A stretch of DNA of 64,000 nt from Nitrosopumilus sp. (GCA_965206745.1 OZ242220.1:384001-448000), one strand, 5' to 3'; positions 16,927 through 27,060 are shown, counted from the stretch's first letter. Notes: generated from the sequence alone by a model not told the origin. Numbers and translations are program-made.

Positions 16927-18708
16927 TTGCAAATTCGTCAGCCCATAGTGGCAGTACTCGGTCACGTAGACTCTGGAAAAACATCACTCCTAGATAGGAT
17001 TCGCGGAACCGGCGTCCAGGGCAGGGAGGCAGGTGGAATCACCCAGCATATCGGTGCAAGCTTTCTTCCGACCCAGACCATCCGGGAGATGTGCGGCCCG
17101 CTGTACAAAAAACTCGAACAGTCAGAGAATCGGGTTCCTGGCCTGCTGGTAATTGACACCCCCGGACACGAGGTCTTTACGAACCTTCGCTCCAGGGGCG
17201 GCTCTGCTGCCGATATTGCAATACTGGTAGTCGATGTCAATCGGGGTTTTCAGCCGCAGACAAATGAGAGCTTGAGGATTCTGCAAAGCAGAAAGGTCCC
17301 CTTTGTCGTGGCACTAAACAAGTGTGATCAGATATCCGGATGGCGAAAGTCCGATACGAGGTTTATCACCCAGTCAATCAAGGAGCAGGATGCCTCAGTC
17401 CAGACTGATCTGGATCAAAAGGTGTACGATGTAGTAGGAACGCTGTCCATTCTGGGATACAAGTCAGAGGCCTTTTACCGCGTGCAGGACTTTAAATCAG
17501 AGATTGCCATAGTCCCGATCTCTGCACGTTCAGGGGTCGGAATTCCAGAACTGCTCAGCGTTCTAGTGGGCCTGACTCAGCAGTACCTGCAAAAGAGACT
17601 GGACCAGGACGAGAAGGAGCCTCGCGGCATCATACTTGAGGTAAAAGACGAGGTCGGGCTGGGACAGACGGCAAACGTGATCCTAATTGACGGCACAATC
17701 AAAAAGGAGAACCGCATAATTGTTGCAAAGCGTGATGTCGTAATCGTCACAAAACCCAAGGCACTGCTCCTGCCAAAGCCGCTTGATGAGATGCGCGATC
17801 CGCGTGACAAGTTCAAGCCGGTCCCGCAGGTCGATGCCGCTGCAGGCCTAAAGATTGCATCACCGGATCTTGAGGGCGTCCTCCCCGGAAGCACGCTCTA
17901 TGTTGCCACAAGTGACGAGGATGTTGCAAAGTATACGAAACTCATAGAGTCTGAGATGAAGTCAGTCTTTGTCGATACACAGACCAGCGGAATCACTTTA
18001 AAATGTGACACCATAGGCTCCCTTGAGGCAATCATGGAGATGCTAAAGCGCTCCCAGATCCCAGTTGCAAAGGCAGACATTGGTCCCGTGACCAGGCGGG
18101 ATGTGATAGAGGCAAAGGCCATCAAGGAGAAGGACAGGCATCTCGGGGTTGTACTGGCATTCAACGTCAAGACACTGCCTGATGCAAGAGACGAGTCTGA
18201 GACAAGCCACATCAGGCTGTTTGCAGACAGGGTGATCTACAGCCTAATTGACAACTACACCGCATGGGTGGAGGAGGATTCTGCAAACGAGGACGATGCG
18301 ATGTTTGCAGAGCTAGTCCCGATATCAAAGTTCACGTTCCTGAAGGGGATGGTGTTTCGAAACAACAACCCTGCAGTGTTTGGCGTGCGTGTGGATGTCG
18401 GAAACCTGAAACACAAGATCCCGTTTATGAACATGTCCGGCCGCAAGGTTGGATACATTCACCAGCTCCAGCTTGACAAAAAGACGGTATCGACTGCAAA
18501 GACAGGCGACGAGGTCGCATGCTCCGTCAAGGATGTCACCATTGGCAGGCAGATCTTTGAGGAGGAGACATACTATACGTTTCCACCGTCGCATGAGGCA
18601 AAGCAGATCCTCAACAAGTTCATGCACAAGCTCAGCACTGAAGAGCAGGGTGTGTTTGATGAGATTGTGAGAATCCAGCGAGAGATAGAGCCCGTCTACG
18701 GATACTAG
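16927..18708 (+). CDS. infB: Translation initiation factor aIF5B (IF-2)
   Basis: GHVDSGKT, GGITQHIGA, DTPGH, NKCD. Confidence 0.97.
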   Translation: MQIRQPIVAVLGHVDSGKTSLLDRIRGTGVQGREAGGITQHIGASFLPTQTIREMCGPLYKKLEQSENRVPGLLVIDTPGHEVFTNLRSRGGSAADIAILVVDVNRGFQPQTNESLRILQSRKVPFVVALNKCDQISGWRKSDTRFITQSIKEQDASVQTDLDQKVYDVVGTLSILGYKSEAFYRVQDFKSEIAIVPISARSGVGIPELLSVLVGLTQQYLQKRLDQDEKEPRGIILEVKDEVGLGQTANVILIDGTIKKENRIIVAKRDVVIVTKPKALLLPKPLDEMRDPRDKFKPVPQVDAAAGLKIASPDLEGVLPGSTLYVATSDEDVAKYTKLIESEMKSVFVDTQTSGITLKCDTIGSLEAIMEMLKRSQIPVAKADIGPVTRRDVIEAKAIKEKDRHLGVVLAFNVKTLPDARDESETSHIRLFADRVIYSLIDNYTAWVEEDSANEDDAMFAELVPISKFTFLKGMVFRNNNPAVFGVRVDVGNLKHKIPFMNMSGRKVGYIHQLQLDKKTVSTAKTGDEVACSVKDVTIGRQIFEEETYYTFPPSHEAKQILNKFMHKLSTEEQGVFDEIVRIQREIEPVYGY

Positions 18709-19100
18709 TCCGAGTGCTTTTTACATATCATGTGTATTCCTGGTGCCCCCACTGCACCCATCATCTTGTCTATTATCTGCCCTGACTTGAACATGATAAA
18801 CGTCGGAATTGACTGTACGGCATACTTCATCGAGATGTCCTGGTTCTGATCGACATTGACCCTTGCAAACTTTACGTTCGGGTATTGTTTTGACAGGCTT
18901 TCAAATATTGGATGCATTGACTTGCATGGGCCGCACCACTCTGCCCAAAAGTCCACCAGGGTCGGAACCTCTGCAGACACGGTTTGGTCAAAATTAGACC
19001 CGTTCAAATCGACTATCCCCGGCTCGATTACGGGTTTTGGCTTGAGCATCTCGTCCATCTTTCTCTGCATGATCTTTGCAATCTCTGGATCTTCGGACAA
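18705..19100 (-). CDS. trxA: Thioredoxin
   Basis: WCGPC active site. Confidence 0.95.
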   Translation of the reverse strand: MSEDPEIAKIMQRKMDEMLKPKPVIEPGIVDLNGSNFDQTVSAEVPTLVDFWAEWCGPCKSMHPIFESLSKQYPNVKFARVNVDQNQDISMKYAVQSIPTFIMFKSGQIIDKMMGAVGAPGIHMICKKHSD

Positions 19101-19131
19101 TGCGTATCTGAATTCTGCTCTACTAAAAAAT

Positions 19132-19278
19132 CTAGTCCTCGTCTGGATTGATGGGAATGGCCTCGTATCTTCTTGACTTGCAGATTGGGCACTGGTCTAT
19201 GTATCTTGTAAAGCTCACCGAGGTGTATGCGATGCCACACTCCCCACAGATTCTCAGATTTCTGCCTAGTTTGCCCAT
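19132..19278 (-). CDS. Small Zn-ribbon protein, 48 aa (missing from ORF track)
   Basis: MGKLGRNLRICGECGIAYTSVSFTRYIDQCPICKSRRYEAIPINPDED; two CxxC pairs; AT-rich box upstream. Confidence 0.7.
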   Translation of the reverse strand: MGKLGRNLRICGECGIAYTSVSFTRYIDQCPICKSRRYEAIPINPDED

Positions 19279-19323
19279 TACTTGGTTATCTGGGGGCATT
19301 GTGATTAAAACTTAGCTTTTAAC

Positions 19324-22300
19324 TTACCAGAACTGCCACCATGGCTTTTCAACTGGCTTGCTGATAACTGTGCACTTGCCGTCCCTCAGTTCTGTTCCGG
19401 GACCGCAGGTGCCAAACTTTTTCTCTCCTACAACCGGTTCCTTTACAGCGGGCTCCTTTACACTCGGCTTCTCTAGCCCGACTGCCTGATATATGGAGTC
19501 ATACTCTGCAAAGTTGTCATCAAACCATTTTTTGTAGGTCGGCTCTGCATTGTACCTGTCAACATAACTCTGCGGATCCTCTGAACTGTCCACAAATGAT
19601 GCCAGTGCAACTGGCTCCTTTGCAACCGGTTCCTTTACTGCCGGTTTCTCTGCATTCGGATCTTCTAGCCCGACTGCCTGATATATGGAGTCATACTCTG
19701 CAAAGTTGTCATCAAACCATTTTTTGTAGGTCGGCTCTGCATTGTACCTGTCAACGTAGCTCTGCGGATCCTCTGAACTGACCACAAATGATGCCAGTGC
19801 AACGGGCTCCTTTGCAACCGGTTCCTTTACTGCCGGTTTCTCTGCATTCGGATCTTCTAGCCCGACTGCCTGATATATGGAGTCATACTCTGCAAAGTTG
19901 TCATCAAACCATTTTTTGTAGGTCGGCTCTGCATTGTACCTGTCAACGTAGCTCTGCGGATCCTCTGAACTGACCACAAATGATGCCAGCCCTAGTTTTT
20001 TTGGCTCTGCTGGTTTTGGTTCAGGTGCCGGCTCAGGTTTTGGTTCAGGTGCCGGCTCTGCTGGTTTTGGATTAGGTTTTGGACTGGTAGCTATGTCATT
20101 TACGGTGATGGTTATCGATTGCCTGTCTGACACTCCGCCCTTCTTTGCAATTATGTCAAGGGAGTATCTTTTTCCGCCGTCATTGACAGATGGTGTCCAT
20201 GAAAACACGCCTGTCTTTGATCCAATTTTGGCCCCTGCCGGAGGCTTGTCCAGACTAAACACCACGTCCTTGACTGTCTTGTCTGTTAATTTGACGGTAA
20301 ACTGTAATTTTTTGCCTTCGTCTATCTGCAGTTTGCCCAGGGGGCTGATATTTACATTGGGTGTTTTTGGTGTAGCAGACCCCTCGTTTGATGGCTCACT
20401 TGTGCCAACGGTATTGATTGCCGAAACTTTGTATGTGTACTTTGTATCTTCGCTAAGATTTTTATGAGAATACTTCGTCGTGGTGCTCTTGGTATCTGCA
20501 ACTAGTTCCTTGTACGAATCGGCATCCTTTTTTACCTCGATCTTGTAGCCTGTGATCGGTGTATTTCCATCCTTTACAGGCGCACTCCATGACAGATCGA
20601 TCTGAGTCGATGATACAACTGATGCAGTCAGTTTTATTGGCGGGGAAGATTTTTCCATACCCACCTGAGTTGACTTTACTGGTTCAACCTCTGCCACGTC
20701 TTCTGAATCTTCTCTCGGGGTGGCAGATGCAGTTGGGGATTCCTCGGTATAGCCGGCTCCTATCTTTGCACTGACTGCAAATGTGTATGTTTTGTCAGTT
20801 CTCAAATTAGTAACGATATATGACATGGTTCCAGAATTCGTGCTTCCCAAGTCATCATATACGCCTGGAGTCAGTTCTCGCTTGACCTGATAGCTGCTAA
20901 TTGACTGTCCATAGGTTTCAGATGGCGGCAGCCATGATAGTCTGATCTGGCTTGGTGCAATGGCAGTAGCAGTAAGGGATGTCGGCGTGTCTGTATGCTC
21001 TGGCTTTGTTGAGTCGTTTGCCGATCCTTCACTTGTTCCATTTGAATTAAGTGAATAAACGCGGTAATGATGGGTATCAGTTGACTCTAGGCCCTCGTGA
21101 ATAAATGACGTGGTCTTACTTGTAGTGTTTTCTGTAATCGTGACGTATCTTCCTGTGCCTACCTTGTACTCTATCTTGTAACCTGTAATTACAGGAATCT
21201 TTTCTCCCATCTCCGGCTCGACCCATGAAAGGATTATCGAGGTTGGAGATGTCGGGGATGCCTTGAGATTCTCTGGCTTGCTTGGAAGCAAAACTGTAGG
21301 CTCTGAACTAGAACTAGAACCAGAACCAGCACTAAAACTAAACACTTGAACCCTGTTGTTTTCTGTATCTGCCACCATCAGCAATTCGTTCCTTTTATCA
21401 AACGCGATCCCCGTTGGTGACCTGAATTCCCCGTTTCCAGAACCCCTTGTTCCAAACTTTTCAACAAAACAAACTCCGTCTGCCACCTTGTCTGTCCCAC
21501 TAGGGCAAGTGTCACCGTCGACCATCTTGAATACTTGAATTCTATCGTTATTCGTATCTGCAACATAAAGCAAATCATCTGGCGCATACGCTAATCCTGT
21601 TGGCGCGTTAAACTCTCCTTCATCCCTGCCTGTTGATCCAAACTCTTTGAGAAGGCAGACGCCGTCAACTGCCTCTGTTGTCCCACTAGGACACGTCGTA
21701 CCTGTGACTAGCTCGAAGACCACTATCCTGTCGTTGCCGGAATCTGCAACATAAAGAATATTGTTATCCATTACCATGTTTTTGGGATCTTTAAACTTGT
21801 CAGTTGTGTTAAACGTGTTGAACTTGAACGCATATCCTCTGCTTGAATCAAAGACTGATATCAGATCCTTTTCAGTGTTTGAGACTAGGATATTTTCAGT
21901 TGATTCCTGAATTACAATTCCAGAGGCCGAACCAAGATAATCTTCTGCTGACCTAACTGATGAGCCAAATTTTGCTTTGAATTTGCCATCCTCATCGAAG
22001 ATCTGAACACGTTTGTTCTCTGTATCGACTATGTAAAATTTATCATCTGAATCACTTGCGATGCTCATCGGCTTGTTGAACTGTCCATCCCCATCACTGG
22101 CTGCGCCATCACCATCACTGTTGCAGTTCTGAATTGACACAACATCACACAAGGATCCGAATTGAAAGTCAGATCTGCCATCACTTTTAAAAACACTAAT
22201 TCTGTGGTTGTCGCTGTCTACAACGTAGATTTCTCTCCCATTTCTATCAATGACATCTGTAGGCCTGTCAAATTCACTATTTCCCGTGCCTGATGAACCG

Positions 22301-22392
22301 ATTTTAAAAGAGAATTCAGGTTCGGCGTATGCAAATTGGATAGATACGATACAAAGTGTGAATAACAGACCAAGGATTATTTTATTTTTCAA
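19324..22392 (-). CDS. Secreted surface protein: NHL beta-propeller, three FN3 domains, Ig-like domain, three C-terminal repeats
   Basis: Signal peptide; NHL repeats (F-x-x-P-x-G-I-A...YVADTNNDRIQVF); FN3 (LSW...GYKIE...YRV); PWWQFW tail. Confidence 0.9.
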   Translation of the reverse strand: MKNKIILGLLFTLCIVSIQFAYAEPEFSFKIGSSGTGNSEFDRPTDVIDRNGREIYVVDSDNHRISVFKSDGRSDFQFGSLCDVVSIQNCNSDGDGAASDGDGQFNKPMSIASDSDDKFYIVDTENKRVQIFDEDGKFKAKFGSSVRSAEDYLGSASGIVIQESTENILVSNTEKDLISVFDSSRGYAFKFNTFNTTDKFKDPKNMVMDNNILYVADSGNDRIVVFELVTGTTCPSGTTEAVDGVCLLKEFGSTGRDEGEFNAPTGLAYAPDDLLYVADTNNDRIQVFKMVDGDTCPSGTDKVADGVCFVEKFGTRGSGNGEFRSPTGIAFDKRNELLMVADTENNRVQVFSFSAGSGSSSSSEPTVLLPSKPENLKASPTSPTSIILSWVEPEMGEKIPVITGYKIEYKVGTGRYVTITENTTSKTTSFIHEGLESTDTHHYRVYSLNSNGTSEGSANDSTKPEHTDTPTSLTATAIAPSQIRLSWLPPSETYGQSISSYQVKRELTPGVYDDLGSTNSGTMSYIVTNLRTDKTYTFAVSAKIGAGYTEESPTASATPREDSEDVAEVEPVKSTQVGMEKSSPPIKLTASVVSSTQIDLSWSAPVKDGNTPITGYKIEVKKDADSYKELVADTKSTTTKYSHKNLSEDTKYTYKVSAINTVGTSEPSNEGSATPKTPNVNISPLGKLQIDEGKKLQFTVKLTDKTVKDVVFSLDKPPAGAKIGSKTGVFSWTPSVNDGGKRYSLDIIAKKGGVSDRQSITITVNDIATSPKPNPKPAEPAPEPKPEPAPEPKPAEPKKLGLASFVVSSEDPQSYVDRYNAEPTYKKWFDDNFAEYDSIYQAVGLEDPNAEKPAVKEPVAKEPVALASFVVSSEDPQSYVDRYNAEPTYKKWFDDNFAEYDSIYQAVGLEDPNAEKPAVKEPVAKEPVALASFVDSSEDPQSYVDRYNAEPTYKKWFDDNFAEYDSIYQAVGLEKPSVKEPAVKEPVVGEKKFGTCGPGTELRDGKCTVISKPVEKPWWQFW
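19472..19989. repeat. About 2.7 near-identical copies of a 192-bp tandem repeat (64-aa unit)
   Basis: tctagcccgactgcctg recurs at 19472, 19664 and 19856. Confidence 0.95.
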
Positions 22393-22486
22393 TGCGTATA
22401 TAGTGCTCGTAATTCATCGTTAAAAACATCAGATAATAAATTTCACTACCCATTAGATCAATTGAGATTTACCAATTCTGAGATTC

Positions 22487-24064
22487 TCAGATTTTGATGT
22501 ATTTTCTGGTCTTGACAATTATGATTGCCGGAATCCCCACATACATTCCCAGATTCATCAATATCACGCCTATTCCATATGAGACAACCTGTGACTCTGT
22601 CTCTGCATGTGACATGATGTGCAAGGTCGATAGCAGTGGAGTAATTCCAATCTTTACCATCTCCCTGAATGCGGGATTCTCCCTTTGCATATCTGCAATG
22701 TGTGGTGAGAATGAATAGTACAACTGGTTAAAGCCTGTCATAAAGGACATTCCCGAATCTGTCCCCATCAACTGGTTATCCCGAATCTCTCTGAGCAATT
22801 GAACCTGTGGCGCCATCTCTGTGCCATATGCTGCAGTGGCAATCAGACAGCCGCCTCCGTCCTTGGAATCACTTACAACTACACAGACTCCCCTGACTAG
22901 ATCCGTTCCCTCATCACATTCTCCAAAATTCTCTTTGACTACCTCTGGCTTTTCTAGCCCGACTGCCTGATATATGGAATCATACTCTGAAAAATTGTCA
23001 TCAAACCACTTTTTGTAAGTCGGCTCTGCGTTATACCTGTCAACGTAGATCTGCGGATCCTCTGAACTGTCCACAAATGATGCCAGTCCAACTGGCTCCT
23101 TTGCAACAGGTTCCTTTACAGCAGGTTCCTTTATCTCCGGCTCCTTTGCACCCGGCTCTTCTAGCCCGACTGCCTGATATATGGAATCATACTCTGCAAA
23201 GTTGTCATCAAACCACTTTTTGTAAGTCGGCTCCGTATTGTATCTCTCAACGTAGCTCTGCGGATCCTTTGCATCATCCACAAATGATGCCGGCCCTAGC
23301 TTTTTTGGCTCTGCCACTTTTGGTTCAGGTTCAGGCTTTGGCTCTGGTTCGGGTTTTGGTTCAGCTTTTGGCTGTGTAGGTGGTACAGCTTTTGGAACTG
23401 GCTTGTCTGATACTGTAACTGTGATGGTCTCCCTCTCTTCTAGAGGGCCTGCCTCCACTATGATATCAAAAATATATCCTCCTGCTTGAGTATCAGTCGG
23501 AGTCCAAGAAAACGCCCCTGTCTTTTCGTTTATTTTTGCACCGTTGGGATTATTCCTTAATTTGAATTTCTCATCTGTGATTTGTGAATCCGTAATACTT
23601 GCAGTAAAGACTAATCTCTCCCCCTCATCGACTTGCTTGTTTCCAATTGGCTTTAAGATCAATTCAAAGTCCGGCAGTACGGTAGCCCTTCCGCTCTCAA
23701 ACTCTATCTTGATTATTGTTCCATTTGCTGGTTGTTGGGATTCTGTGAATACGTTGATTGTATAGATTCCTTTAGTTCCGAAAAAATTGTCTGCTGCAAT
23801 TGCTGTAAATTCAAATGTCTTTCCGGAGGCAATTGCGTTTCTAACCAGTTTCTCATTAGATGGTCCTTTCATTGCGGCAACCAACAGTCCTCCTCCATCA
23901 TCATCGCTTATTGTTCCCGAAATGATAAAGTCGTCATTAAGTGTGAATGCCTGCTTGTCAAGGACCGCAGTCTTTACATCTGCGTAAACTGGCACAGTAA
24001 CTAGAATGACCAGTGAAAATATTGCAATTAATCCTAGATTTGTCCTCACAATGATGACTTGCAT
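22487..24064 (-). CDS. Surface protein with Ig-like domain, two repeats and CFI-box-CTERM sorting domain
   Basis: GGGCLIATAAYG...LLREIRDN...YYSFSP plus C-terminal TM helix. Confidence 0.9.
   Translation of the reverse strand: MQVIIVRTNLGLIAIFSLVILVTVPVYADVKTAVLDKQAFTLNDDFIISGTISDDDGGGLLVAAMKGPSNEKLVRNAIASGKTFEFTAIAADNFFGTKGIYTINVFTESQQPANGTIIKIEFESGRATVLPDFELILKPIGNKQVDEGERLVFTASITDSQITDEKFKLRNNPNGAKINEKTGAFSWTPTDTQAGGYIFDIIVEAGPLEERETITVTVSDKPVPKAVPPTQPKAEPKPEPEPKPEPEPKVAEPKKLGPASFVDDAKDPQSYVERYNTEPTYKKWFDDNFAEYDSIYQAVGLEEPGAKEPEIKEPAVKEPVAKEPVGLASFVDSSEDPQIYVDRYNAEPTYKKWFDDNFSEYDSIYQAVGLEKPEVVKENFGECDEGTDLVRGVCVVVSDSKDGGGCLIATAAYGTEMAPQVQLLREIRDNQLMGTDSGMSFMTGFNQLYYSFSPHIADMQRENPAFREMVKIGITPLLSTLHIMSHAETESQVVSYGIGVILMNLGMYVGIPAIIIVKTRKYIKI
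22953..23292. repeat. Two more copies (207-bp spacing) of the same repeat family
   Basis: tctagcccgactgcctg at 22953 and 23160; encodes DPQxYVxRYNxEPTYKKWFDDNF. Confidence 0.9.
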
Positions 24065-24128
24065 TAGTTTCTTTTTAAAAAAGACGTATACTTTCTTCTA
24101 GGGAATTGCAAAGAATTATTCACAAACT

Positions 24129-24545
24129 TTACAGATCAAGCAGGAATCGCATATAAACTCCGTCTTCCTGCCTGATCTCCATATCGTAAAATGTCGGGGC
24201 CTTGACCTCGACCTTGAAGTTGTGCTTTTTCACATCCAATGGCTCACCGTGCGCAGTTGCGTTGATTCTGTACCCGTCATCCTCCTTGATATCAAACTCC
24301 AACCTGCTGATTGCAAACCCCTCTGTAATCAGGATAAACGGTATCTCCTCCAGCCAGCTATACAGCAGGTAATGCAGGTCCTTTCCACTGGCTGAAAATC
24401 CCATCTGCCCCTTCTCCTCCACCCTGTCCCGGTCTAGTGTTAGGTTGATCTCTGCATCGGCTGCCACGGCAAATGCCTCTTTGAGGTCCTTTGCAGTGAC
24501 CTCGATTATCGCATCAGTTGCATGATCTAAAAACTTGTAACTCAA
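24129..24545 (-). CDS. Archease
   Basis: YKFLDHATD...EVKAPTFY...LDL. Confidence 0.93.
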   Translation of the reverse strand: MSYKFLDHATDAIIEVTAKDLKEAFAVAADAEINLTLDRDRVEEKGQMGFSASGKDLHYLLYSWLEEIPFILITEGFAISRLEFDIKEDDGYRINATAHGEPLDVKKHNFKVEVKAPTFYDMEIRQEDGVYMRFLLDL

Positions 24546-24585
24546 CTGAAGATCTGTGGCATCTCTGATTATTAATCTAGGTGGT

Positions 24586-24951
24586 CTATTGCGCCTTTGA
24601 GTCCAGTTCTATTATTCCAAACATGTTGCCTTCGGTATCTGCACATTGCGCAAACCATCCGACCTTTAAAATTGCCATTTTTGGAACAAGCATGTGCCCT
24701 CCGCCCTCTGTAATCTTTTTTGAGAACTCGTCAATTGACGGGACATTGATCGTGTTTGTCATTCCCATCTGTCCTGGCATCCTTTTTGACATCCCCCCGT
24801 CAATTCCTGGCTGCTCTGTCCCTGTCCTTGCCATCCAATAGTCCACCGGTCCGTCCCATTTCTCAAACTTCCAATCAAAGACGTCACCATAGAACTTTTG
24901 TGCCCTCTCTGGATCATCAGCCGGTATGTCAAAATGTGAAATTCTTGGCAT
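24586..24951 (-). CDS. VOC/glyoxalase-family protein
   Basis: HFDIPADDPERAQKFY...DTEGNMFGI. Confidence 0.9.
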   Translation of the reverse strand: MPRISHFDIPADDPERAQKFYGDVFDWKFEKWDGPVDYWMARTGTEQPGIDGGMSKRMPGQMGMTNTINVPSIDEFSKKITEGGGHMLVPKMAILKVGWFAQCADTEGNMFGIIELDSKAQ

Positions 24952-25120
24952 GAACTATTTGGCATGCCAAATCACTTAAAAATATTCCCTTGGTACTTTT
25001 GAAAATTTGCTATTTTAAAATTAAAGCACAATCATGATGCTGTGAGGATTCCCCCATTCCATCAAATGCCGATGCTCCGATCACCAGTGTCATCATTGTC
25101 TTGGCAGCTCTTCTTTGGAG

Positions 25121-25420
25121 TCACCTTCTGGTGATCCAAACAAGAACTGACAAGCCTATTGTCTGAGTCACGTTGATTGCAAGCAGATAGTTGGATACCA
25201 TGTCTGCTGACATCATCAGCAATTTGTCATCCCTGTACAGTGTTGACCAAAACAGCACGATTACGATGTTTTGAATCATCAGGAGGGCCGCAACCATGAC
25301 CATGCCTGACGTGTAGTATGATCTAATCACCCTCATGTTTTGAACGTATGTTGCAATCACAACTAGCAGCAGGCCGATGTTGAGAAATGCAGATGCCACT
25401 GCCAGCACAAAATCTACCAA
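25121..25420 (-). CDS. Small three-TM membrane protein
   Basis: Three hydrophobic helices; sits downstream of an ArsR-like gene as is common in archaea. Confidence 0.7.
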   Translation of the reverse strand: MVDFVLAVASAFLNIGLLLVVIATYVQNMRVIRSYYTSGMVMVAALLMIQNIVIVLFWSTLYRDDKLLMMSADMVSNYLLAINVTQTIGLSVLVWITRR

Positions 25421-25447
25421 TGTGGCTTGCCCCTGCAGTTGGCTGGT

Positions 25448-25921
25448 TTACTTTTTTTCAATCTTTCTCATTATCTCTTCTAGAACACTTTGATTGTCTT
25501 TCATGATTTGGGTTAGGTGGTATTCTGCACCGTATTCCTTCTCGTCTTTTGAGAGCAGCTCGTTTTTTGAGAGGACCTTTATGTGGTGAATTACCGTTTT
25601 GTGATCCAGGTTCAGTACAGTTGCAATCTTGTTTGCATTCATCGGGGTATCCTTGACTAGGTTGAGGATCTTTGCCCTGTTTACTCCTCCCCTCGTGCCT
25701 GCAATTATTGACCAGAGTATCATTTTGAATCTGGGATTTGGGTTTGATTCTCCGCTGCCTGAGCCTGAGAGGGAAAACAGTCCCCTGGGAATCAAGCTTG
25801 AGAATGAAAATATTGGGAGGGCAGTTGTTATGATCACTGATTGTTCAGAATTTGCGTCAGTTATAAAAAATCCCTTTTGAAATTTCGTGGTTTTATTGGG
25901 GTGATAACTCTGCACTTCCAA
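25448..25921 (-). CDS. ArsR-like winged-helix regulator (true start probably downstream of 25921)
   Basis: LWSIIAGTRGGVNRAKIL...PMNANKIA...HKTVIHH. Confidence 0.85.
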   Translation of the reverse strand: MEVQSYHPNKTTKFQKGFFITDANSEQSVIITTALPIFSFSSLIPRGLFSLSGSGSGESNPNPRFKMILWSIIAGTRGGVNRAKILNLVKDTPMNANKIATVLNLDHKTVIHHIKVLSKNELLSKDEKEYGAEYHLTQIMKDNQSVLEEIMRKIEKK

Positions 25922-26936
25922 ACAAGACTCCGAATGCCTGACACCAGACTAGTACATTGTTGTATTTATCTAGATCAATATCCTCTGGAATTTGATAGTT
26001 CTGATTCCCTTTGTTTGCCTTGAGTTTTCCCAGGTTGACAAAGTCCGATGCATTATCGTCAGTTGATAAATAAACATACAGGTCTGGACCGTTGGTTGCC
26101 TTGAAATTTTCGAATCTTAGCACATTGCTGCCATCATCTATTGGTATGGTATATGCCTCGCCATCTGCGTTATGGACGCCATCGTTGACTCCGACAAACT
26201 TGCCTGCAAAGGACATTGGAACTGTCTCATCTTCCATAGTGTCAGCCATCATGGCATCCTCTGCCATCATCTCTTCCTCCATGGTGCTCTCCTCTGCCAT
26301 CTCCTCTTCCGTGGTTGTACCTTCAGCCATCATGGCATCCTCTGCCATCATCTCTTCCTCCATAGTGTCACCTATCTCTTCCTCTGCCATCATTTCATCT
26401 TCTATAGTACTCTCTTCAGCCATCAGCTTCTCTGTCATAGTATCATCTTTCATCATCTCTTCGTCCTTCATCATCTCTTCCTCCATAGTATCATCTTTCA
26501 TCATCTCATCAGCCATCATGGCATCCTCTGCCATCATTCCTTCTTCCATAGCATCTTCCTCCATCATCATCTCTTCCTCCATAGTATCATCTTTCATCAT
26601 CTCATCTGCCATCATGGCATCCTCTGCCATCATTCCTTCTTCCATAGCATCTTCCTCCATAGTATCATCTTTCATCATCTCATCAGCCATCATGGCATCT
26701 TCAGCCATCATCTCTTCTTCCATAGCATCTTCAGCCATCATCATCTCTTCCTCCTCCATCATCGTATCATCCTGGCTTGGAGTTACCGTGTCTTTGCCGT
26801 CTATTTTTGGTTGAACTATTGCGCCAGGCGGAAGTGCCTCATCAATTGTTGACTCTGTAAAATATGGCGATAATGCAAATGTTGAAACTGCCGCAACTAT
26901 TATCACTATGGCTATAATTCCCAACCGTTTATTCAT
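25893..26936 (-). CDS. Membrane-anchored DM13-domain protein with Met/Glu/Asp-rich linker
   Basis: C-terminal GPDLYVYL...KGNQNY...WCQAFGVLFG; start MNKRLG at 26936. Confidence 0.9.
   Translation of the reverse strand: MNKRLGIIAIVIIVAAVSTFALSPYFTESTIDEALPPGAIVQPKIDGKDTVTPSQDDTMMEEEEMMMAEDAMEEEMMAEDAMMADEMMKDDTMEEDAMEEGMMAEDAMMADEMMKDDTMEEEMMMEEDAMEEGMMAEDAMMADEMMKDDTMEEEMMKDEEMMKDDTMTEKLMAEESTIEDEMMAEEEIGDTMEEEMMAEDAMMAEGTTTEEEMAEESTMEEEMMAEDAMMADTMEDETVPMSFAGKFVGVNDGVHNADGEAYTIPIDDGSNVLRFENFKATNGPDLYVYLSTDDNASDFVNLGKLKANKGNQNYQIPEDIDLDKYNNVLVWCQAFGVLFGSAELSPQ
26230..26765. repeat. Degenerate coding repeats (EEEMMAEDAMMADEMMKDDTM)
   Basis: Repeated gccatcatggcatcctctgccatcat blocks. Confidence 0.85.
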
Positions 26937-27060
26937 GATGAAACAATAAATTTTCCCTATATAGTGGATCTTCCAGTTTTGACCCCAATCTTTAGGCACA
27001 GATACACCTGTGACTGCTGACTCGTAAGGTAATTTAGTAAGATCTCAGTGCCAGAAACAA

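Noticed and set aside
19472-19989. Possible CRISPR-like or non-coding repeat array
   Set aside because: 192-bp in-frame coding repeats with no unique spacers; no cas genes in the window.
26092-26852. His-rich and Ser/Ile-rich plus-strand ORFs
   Set aside because: Antisense shadows of the Met/Glu repeats in the DM13 gene.
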